Part shown: piece by piece, positions 52,358-64,000 of the stretch
Layout: the number at the start of each line of letters is the position of its first letter
How positions within the stretch are numbered: position 1 is the first letter of the stretch
Assembly (NCBI GenBank): GCA_964035545.1
Contig: OZ037772.1
Coordinates: 9,665,150-9,729,149 of the forward strand
Direction: 5' to 3'
DNA length: 64,000 nucleotides
DNA from: Bugula neritina
Lineage: Eukaryota; Animalia; Bryozoa
Translations under genes and position numbers: made by a program
The notes under the pieces: model-generated
What the model was told of the DNA's origin: nothing
What the model saw: only the letters and a program-made list of their open reading frames with translations
Databases searched by the model: none

Positions 52358-53441
52358 TGAGTATGTCGAGGAGGCAATGCGAGAGGTGTGTTTAGCACTC
52401 GTGAGACACCAAAAGTCTGTCCAGAAGATGCGAAGACGTAAGGCCACTTGCATACTTCTGTAAGCTCTGCGGCATATACAAGCTCTACTAAACTGCTACC
52501 ACATATACAAGCTCTACTAAACTGAAGCTGAACCATAGTATGCACTATTTGAAGTGACACAATTTCTATAGTGTTAGGAGGATCTCTTATTAGCAAAAGC
52601 TTACCAGCCAGTGTATAACTTCTGCTCTTAACACCAGGCTAACATGGCATGCAAATTAGTTACTATATATGTTGGTACATTTACTATTACTTGATACATT
52701 CTGTATTAACAGCAGTTCTATCTGCACCTCTCCCTGACGTGAAAGTTGTAGTTGTATGCTCCTGACTTTATGTGTGTCATTAGGGATAATCCACACCTAT
52801 ACTCCTGTGGTAGAGGGTAAAACCCGGCCTCTACTCAAATTCTTACCAGCTACTTTGCTACTATCCAAAACAGCATATTTTAGAATAATCTTATCAACTT
52901 TGTTCAACTGTATATCTTTATCTTGTACTTTGTTTTCTATATTTAACTATTGGTCACTAAATACTCATTCTCTACCAGGTATTTAAAAAGCTTCAATAAA
53001 TTGTAATTTTAGTGCAATATACCCTATCGCAACGGTTATTAGCATAAGAATTGAAGTGGTTTATGTGCTAAGAAGATAGGTTTGGCTTTGGGTATTTTTG
53101 TTTTGTTTTTGATTTTTATTTTTCTACTTATTTACTATACTTTTTCATAATATTGCATATTCTATGTTTATATACACAACTCCGGTAGTTTCTCTAGATC
53201 TCTGCACATCTATTTTTTGTAAGCATAAATTATTTTGGGAATGATTTTCGCTTTATGTCGTTATTTTATATTTTGTATCAACAATAACAAATATTCTGGC
53301 CAATATTTTTTATATTTTTTTGTCATATTTTATATTTTAATACGATATTGGCCATACAAAATGTTAACCATTTTTGTCATTTTTCAATTATTCATGCTTA
53401 ATAAAATATATTGTATAAGCCAAGCCTATTTCCAAAATACC
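51460..53441 (+). repeat. Recent ~2-kb segmental duplicate of about 40904-43195 (kinase exon 6 plus 3' flank)
   Basis: Long near-identical non-coding stretches, e.g. ggttagtttagagttgcaataagct through gcct(g/a)tttccaaaatacc. Confidence 0.92.
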
Positions 53442-54415
53442 GTTATTGAATTCGCTAGTAAGCTATTAATACAATATTCTCCTTTATATATAATTATAAA
53501 TTTAATGTTGACATTTTAGTGTGGGGGGGGGGGGAGTAAGGCTCAATACTACTAATAAAACCAAACTGTACTCATAATTAGAAATAAGAATGAATAAAAA
53601 AGGCTTCAATGTTTCCAAAGCTATAAATGTCTACATGAATTTCCCTGCCAACAATTCCGCTAAAATAATTGTAAATTATAATTATCTAATTCTAGCTGCA
53701 AACTTGATTTAGTAACTATAATAAAAATTGAAAAACTTTTAGACTGAACTGCTTCTGCAGTTGGTTTTTTTTTATCAGTCTCAGCATAATATTGCCCTGT
53801 ATTTGAAACTTTTAATAAAAGTAAACAATTCCCAGGAGTCACAAAAAGATTTCAGTTATAAAAATACTCTACAAGCATTATCTTATAATGTAATTGATAG
53901 CAACTGGGTTTATTATGTAACTTCATAAAAAGCTGATCCATTCATTCACAACTAATATTTCTGATTGTAGATAACTGAAGTGTGATTTATTCAAACAGAT
54001 AGAAAATAAATCTGTAAAAAATAAATAGAAAAGTGATGAATTAAATAGATGGCTGGCAGGTAGTATTAGACTAGTGGAATGGTGTGATACCAAGGCCTCT
54101 AATTTTAGAGATAGTTGACTAGCATTACATAGCATTGATCTCTCAAGTGTCTACTTAGCTTACAAATAGAGCACATCACCAGAGAATGTTGCATATAAAA
54201 AACTGCTACACAAAATATGCAAAACTAATATTAGTACAAATGTCCAGTTCCAAGTCACTTCTACGAAATAATGAGTAGATATTATCCAATCAAAACAGGT
54301 GTATCTTCTGCATCTAATAAACAGCTGTATGTCCACACTGACTATTACCTACGAGATTGCCTAGGAGTACGAACTGTAAACAATTGAATAGCCTAAGATC
54401 AGTGGACATCCACCC

Positions 54416-58162
<3,747 letters not shown>

Positions 58163-58280
58163 CTGAAACAAGACATGGTTTTGTAGAGATACAGGAGAAG
58201 GTGGGGGGGGGGAGAGAGATACTCAAACAGGTGAAGATAACTCCTGATAGTAAATACATTATGAGTTGATGAATAAAGAT

Positions 58281-58486
58281 GGGGAGCAGGGTTAGATCAC
58301 TGGCTTAGTAAGCACAAAGTCATGAGTTCGAACCGACAAAGACCATTGGTGATGCTAGGAAGAGCATCCAGTCATAATAGTTCCTGTGTCCCATCTTAAC
58401 AAATAAGTCCTTAACCTGCCTTAACAAAAAAACCTTAGATCAGGGGTTTCTCACACAGGGATGGTGACTATAAACTTGTGTGAGTT
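58281..58486 (+). mobile_element. tRNA-Thr-derived SINE with candidate target-site duplication
   Basis: Same family; flanked by the direct repeat tgagttgatgaataaaga (about 58262-58279 and 58481-58498). Confidence 0.88.
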
Positions 58487-58829
58487 GATGAATAAAGAAA
58501 ATAGCTTGGAAATGGGTAATGAAATTAAATCAAAAGGACTGACAGAAAAATAAAACATGAACATTTACAGAAAAAACCACAGAGTAGAGCATAGATTCTA
58601 TGAAAAAAATTTAGAAAGGAGAAAGTAAAAACTCATGTTAGTAAAGAGTAAATATAATGAAGAAATACTATTAGATGTAATTACTAAATTCCACCAGCAT
58701 CAATAGGGTTAATGAAACATTTCCTGTATTGCATATTTTATTGTGATGTTTGTACTTCCTTATATATAATGTACTGATTTCTCAACTCTTGTTACACAAC
58801 ATGATGATATATATTTGCTATCAACACAA

Positions 58830-59020
58830 CTATATACTACAGAATGTACTGGTATTTACTACAAAATAGGCTTGTATATACTACAAAATGTACTAGTATT
58901 TACTACAGAATGTACTAGTATTTAATACAGAATGTACTAGTATATATTACAAAATGTACTAGTATATATTACAAAATGTACTAATGTTTACTATATAGTG
59001 TACTAGCATGTACTACATAA
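58830..59020. repeat. ~22-bp degenerate tandem repeat (tactacagaatgtactagtatt)
   Basis: About 8 imperfect copies. Confidence 0.8.
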
Positions 59021-60680
59021 TGTAATATAATCTACATCAATCCTGAGGTAGAACTGTTGATGAAAGGAAATAAGGAAGAGTTAAAACAGGGAAAAAGGCA
59101 AAAACCTCTTACAGGAAGTTTATCACTAGAAAAATGATAAAAACGAGTCAATAAAACCCATGGAAATATTGTATTACACAAACTAATCAGCCCAACAGAA
59201 CCTGAATATTAAAAGCTAATATAATAATATATATATTATTCTGTAATTTAAATTCAGATGGGAATTTCATATAAATGCTCAAAATATCTGCTGTAATTAT
59301 AAAATCAATAACTGCACACAATGGACAGAATTCCACTGGCTTTATACCAAAATGGTAGGTGAAATTAGCAAGGTTAACTAACCAGTGTGGAGTCATTCAT
59401 TCAACTTATTATTCCCACACAAAACTATTTCATTGAACAATGAGTCCAGCCCAGAAACAGCAACTGAGCTTGAATGAAAGAACAAAGACCGCACTGTAGG
59501 TGGGTGGTTAGTAATAGTTCAATTGGCAGTTGTAACACCTAATCCTTATTCATGTATAGTTTACTACTTCAACAGAAGATCTGCATAATGGTGAATTAAT
59601 CCAGCTAGAGAAGTAATAAAACTAGACTCGCCCATTAAGCCCACATCTTTTTGGATTAAGTAAATGTGTTGAGTTATCATTATGACTAACCATAGCTCGT
59701 GATCATAATTGGCTAACTGATAAGCTAGCTAAAGCAAAATTACTTCAATTGATTGAATACACTCAGTTTGAGTTGGAGCAGGACTAGGTTTGATCTGGTC
59801 TTCATGAAACACAAACCAATATTGGAACAATATTACTGAGAAATGGCATTCATTTTTAGTAGAGTTAGCTAGTTCAAGACAAAAGACTTATGTAGTGATA
59901 ACTTGTGCCTCTCAGCAGACGACTTTTAAATGTAGCACGTGAATGAGTAAAAAATAGCATCATAACTCACTCTGGAGTTCTATAAACTGATAAGTAGATT
60001 ATTGAATGAATTAAGACTAAAGGTAAGCAAGTAGGTTAAAGTGCAACCTGAGAGCAAAATTCAAAAACTCCATTACAACACTGAAATCGAACCCAAATCT
60101 GAAATTAAGGTGATGACCACTAACAAGTATAGTGAAGTATCACTAATCTAATAAATTGGTCAGTAATTAAAATTTCAAGTATTTTTTGTCCATCAAACCT
60201 AATCGCCTTAGGAATAAGTAAATTGAAATATGTCTGTGGTACTACTAGACTAATTGCCTAATTGGTAATAGCTAGTAATGGTTATTTAATACCACTACTA
60301 GAAGTAGGCCTAGCTAGCTAGTAGCACCAACTTTTACTCAGTAATTACGCCTATATATTTCATTTCTCTCAACATGAATACTATGATCAGGTTTTAGGAT
60401 GATTTTCTAGTTGAATAACTGAGGGAACTTTTTTAAATTTTTCAGATCAACCGTGATCAGATATTCAAATGATATTGAACATCAAAAGCTGAACTTCAAT
60501 TTTATTTAAACTCTCTTAAATTCTTACATTTTGATTTTAGACTTACAGTTACTACAGCTATACTTCTTAAGCCTAAGAGTAAGAGTAAGAGTAAGACTAA
60601 GGCCAAGGGTAAAACAAACTAGAAGTGCCAGTGGCCATCTTGATCTTAGACTCAAAACCAAAATCAAAATGCTAGCTTAC

Positions 60681-60744
60681 CATTGGGCAATGTGACCAGT
60701 AGTGAAGCCAGCCATCCATTTCAGAATCTTGTTCAATATGAAAC
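60681..60744 (-). CDS. Candidate upstream or alternative exon of the SCaMC gene (FHIEQDSEMDGWLHYWSHCPM)
   Basis: Minus strand: aaatag acceptor, gtaagc donor, ends in phase 0 compatible with the LIDIGED exon; HYWSH resembles the SCaMC linker motif YW(K/R)H that precedes DIGE. Confidence 0.5.
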
Positions 60745-63700
60745 CTATTTAGAATATAAGTAGAGTCTTTCTTTCCTGTCTGAACAGGAGTTGTAGATTG
60801 AAAATGTAATCCTATATCCATGTTGGTGGCTATTGTTAAAATTGTAAGGTTAAACTGAACGCCAAATTTGTAAATTTACTAATACTAGGAACCGCGAAAT
60901 GTTGAGTGATTTTGACTAGAACCGCAAGCGAACACATTTGTTTGAGTTAGACAACCTGACTGTCCGTATCACAGTAACAACGTGAATGAGTCAAACAAAT
61001 AGTATTAGCCGGAAAGCATGATTAACAAACTGTACATCATGCAATATGATCGCCAATACTGAAGGTGATGCAATGCAGCTTGACTATTTCTCTATATCAT
61101 TGGTCCACTCGAAACAGAACGGCATATGATTGGCTAGGAGAACAAATGACACAATACGTGTTAATAAATCAATTTTCCGGTTAGTTGGGCGGCTACGCAT
61201 TAATAGAAGCACGTGCAAGGGCACGCAAGTACGATCAATTAAGTAATAAAGGGTCGTTCACCTGCCCGCATCTAAACAATTTTAATAAACACGATACTTT
61301 CCACAGCAAGTACAATATTATATGGTAACACAAGCCCTTACCTACCCTCAAGGGAGAAATGATTTAATGTTCACCAATCCAGTTATTGCTGATAAAATTA
61401 CTAATAGTATCACTGGCAAACATTGATTTACTTATCATTTGAATACCTACACTTCAAAAATTAAATGATTTTTCCTTTTAACCTTTGTCACAATAGTAAG
61501 GTGTAGTTATGACTATTTTTCCTGTTCACTGGTTTTAATTACCAAAAGATTAAACAAAGAATCGTAACAATAGTTTAGTAGAGTACATTGGTCCAACTGA
61601 AATTGCAAGTGTAGAAGCACTTAAAGTTCAAAGGTCACTTGACAAAACTATTATCTTCCAACATATCCTGGTAAGTTTACACCACAATTCCAGTGTATTA
61701 CTACTGATAGGACATCCGGCAAGAAATCAACAACATAATATAATATTTTAATATCAGAGTTCAATAGCTTATAGCACTGAACTCATTCGACCAGCAATAA
61801 TGTGTGAACTCACGAGGTAAAGTTAGTTTAGCAAAGAATTTTTATCCCCACAGAATAGAAATTCTTTTGATAAGTAAAACCAACCCTCTCTACCTTCAAA
61901 CATGACCTAATAGAACTAGGATAGCAGTTGACCTGAAAAATCAGATTTCTGTGAGGAGTAAGGCAAGAGAAGAAAACTGCTACTATTTTTAAATTAGCAG
62001 TACTATTTAAAAGTTTGTTCAAGTTAGATTTTTAGCTAACATAATTAATTTTAGGTTTCATCGGTAGAAAATACTGCTACCTTCCTATTAGAATCAGGGG
62101 TATTCTTAGAAAATGGTAAGGTAAAGTGTGTCCAACAGTAAAAGTTTATTGTTGGGAAATTCTGGTTTTACGAAAGTGTTATCACCAAAACAAGTCTAAT
62201 CAATGAAAATGTGGAGCAAGCTTCTCAAAGTTTACTGTTTAGCATACCTTCAAATCTAGAATTTAGAAAAAACTATCTATTGGAAGGCACAAGTTTGGGG
62301 CTCTCAGTGGGACACCCCTGATTAGAGCAACAAAGGTACACATACTAGTTGGCTACATGAAGGAAGCAATGTCAGTTTCCTTTTAATTCATTTTCTGTAA
62401 AGGAGGGAAATCACTTGATGCAGCACAAAGTTTAGAGTCACTAAGTGCATTGATTTGTGATTTGGAGTTTGGACAATGACCTGGACATTGTGACCCCAAA
62501 AGTTGTGCTGCATCTATCAATCCAATATTAGATAAACTAAATTACATTACTAGTATCTTCACATGAACGTGTGACAGGAAACATGGAACACGTATAAACA
62601 AATAGGTCTGATGCAATGTAGCATACAATAACAAAGTGTTTATAAATATTTTGTATCCAATATCTTTGATGAAATGATTGTGCAATAGATTAAACAAGTT
62701 CCAAGTACCATTAGGAATTTGTGACGGAGATATAACACTGGTACATCCTAGAATTCATAGCATATTAGCAGCTGCTAATATTGCACTAAAATATCTTCTA
62801 GTGCCAAGTGAATACCACAGTTATTATTGATATCCCTACTTGGGATTTAAAATTACTTTAATTATGTTACTAAAATAAATTTCCCCCATATTTTTCATTT
62901 AAATTATCTTTTCAAACTGCCATTAAAATTATCTTTAAATTTCCAATTAAAATGGAAGATTTTACTTTGATGCAGTTGGCTGCTTCCAGTAGAAGATTAT
63001 AATTTATCTATGAAAATAATTAAAATCTGACTGCATTTTTAGGGAAACTTACCCCACCTTCCCCTACCATAGCTAACAATCTCTGGTACTTGGGCTAATT
63101 CCAATAAGCTAGAACAATTTACACGAAAACCGATGATGTCACCAGGTATGTGGTGTATGCCAGCATCTTTAGCTGTTTATCAACAACTGTTTGAGTAAGA
63201 GTGTCACAATGTAGCAGCTACTGTGCCAACTGTACAAGCCGAGGAATTCGAGAAACTCGACTATTAAGGCTGTAGAGTATTACCTCATAGTCTACTAACC
63301 TCTAATGACTGCTTGCTGTATATAACTTCATAACTTGAACTATTATTTCTACGTGAATGCAGTATAAAAGAAATAATTTCAAAGAATCGAAAATTAAAGA
63401 TTTAATTTCAGATTAGATGAAGTTCTATACCCACATAACTATTCTATTTGCTAGCCAGTCTATATGTATAAGAGTCATTCCCCTAACAAGCTATAGTCTA
63501 TTTCATGATGGGAGGACAACTCATAGAGAAAACTAATGAATTGTAATTATATAACATGTATCCTAATAAGAGAAAAACAATGTATTTTATATGAGTACAC
63601 TATATACTAAATCTAGGTGGGTATATACTATATACTATATCTAAGTAGATATATAGATATATATTATATATAAGTAGATATATAGGCTACTATAATGTAG

Positions 63701-64000
63701 CAACCCTGAATGCCAGGGTGTTGTCTTGATTTAGAAATTCAAAAGGCGTATCAATATATTGTACAAGTACAAAGAGAGTTACTGATTATTCCAATGGGAT
63801 GACTGCCAAAAATAGCTCAACTGAAATACAAGATATGTTTTAGAAGAAAGCTTCCAATAAATACTATTCTATAAACTTCCCTAAAATAGAAACAGGATAG
63901 AAAATTATTTTTAAATAACGCTGTATGAAAAAATTGAGCAAGAAAAGATAAATTCTGAGATAAATTTCAGTCTAGACTACTTACTACCGCCAATCGAGTT

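Overview
AT-rich, intron-containing animal (invertebrate-type) genomic DNA. Left end (501-3419, +): the last four exons of a gene whose product resembles the end of an IL-17-receptor-type SEFIR region followed by a low-complexity tail (tentative). Middle (about 9.7-52.4 kb, +): five tandem, intact paralogues of a MEKK2/3-like (STE11-family MAP3K) Ser/Thr kinase with the same exon skeleton (137/106-109/171/184/221-242 nt). None has an N-terminal PB1 or other regulatory domain, and the C-terminal tails fall into four different types. Copy 1 has a ~216-aa tail rich in tyrosine motifs (YINV x2, YDVP, YEDV, YEVL, YETP). A conserved non-coding block carrying NF-kB-type sites lies upstream of copies 3 and 5 and, more weakly, copy 1. 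Right end (54416-58162, -): the carrier-domain exons of a SCaMC/SLC25A23-25-type mitochondrial ATP-Mg/Pi carrier, plus a candidate extra exon at 60681-60744. A duplicated stub of its 3' end lies inside the kinase array (about 36750-36980). Interspersed elements are five copies of a tRNA-Thr(AGT)-derived SINE, several MITEs, a solo LTR with a 4-bp TSD, two 5'-truncated LINE ends, and mini/microsatellites. All gene models were built by eye from GT-AG sites and frame continuity; no database searches were run.
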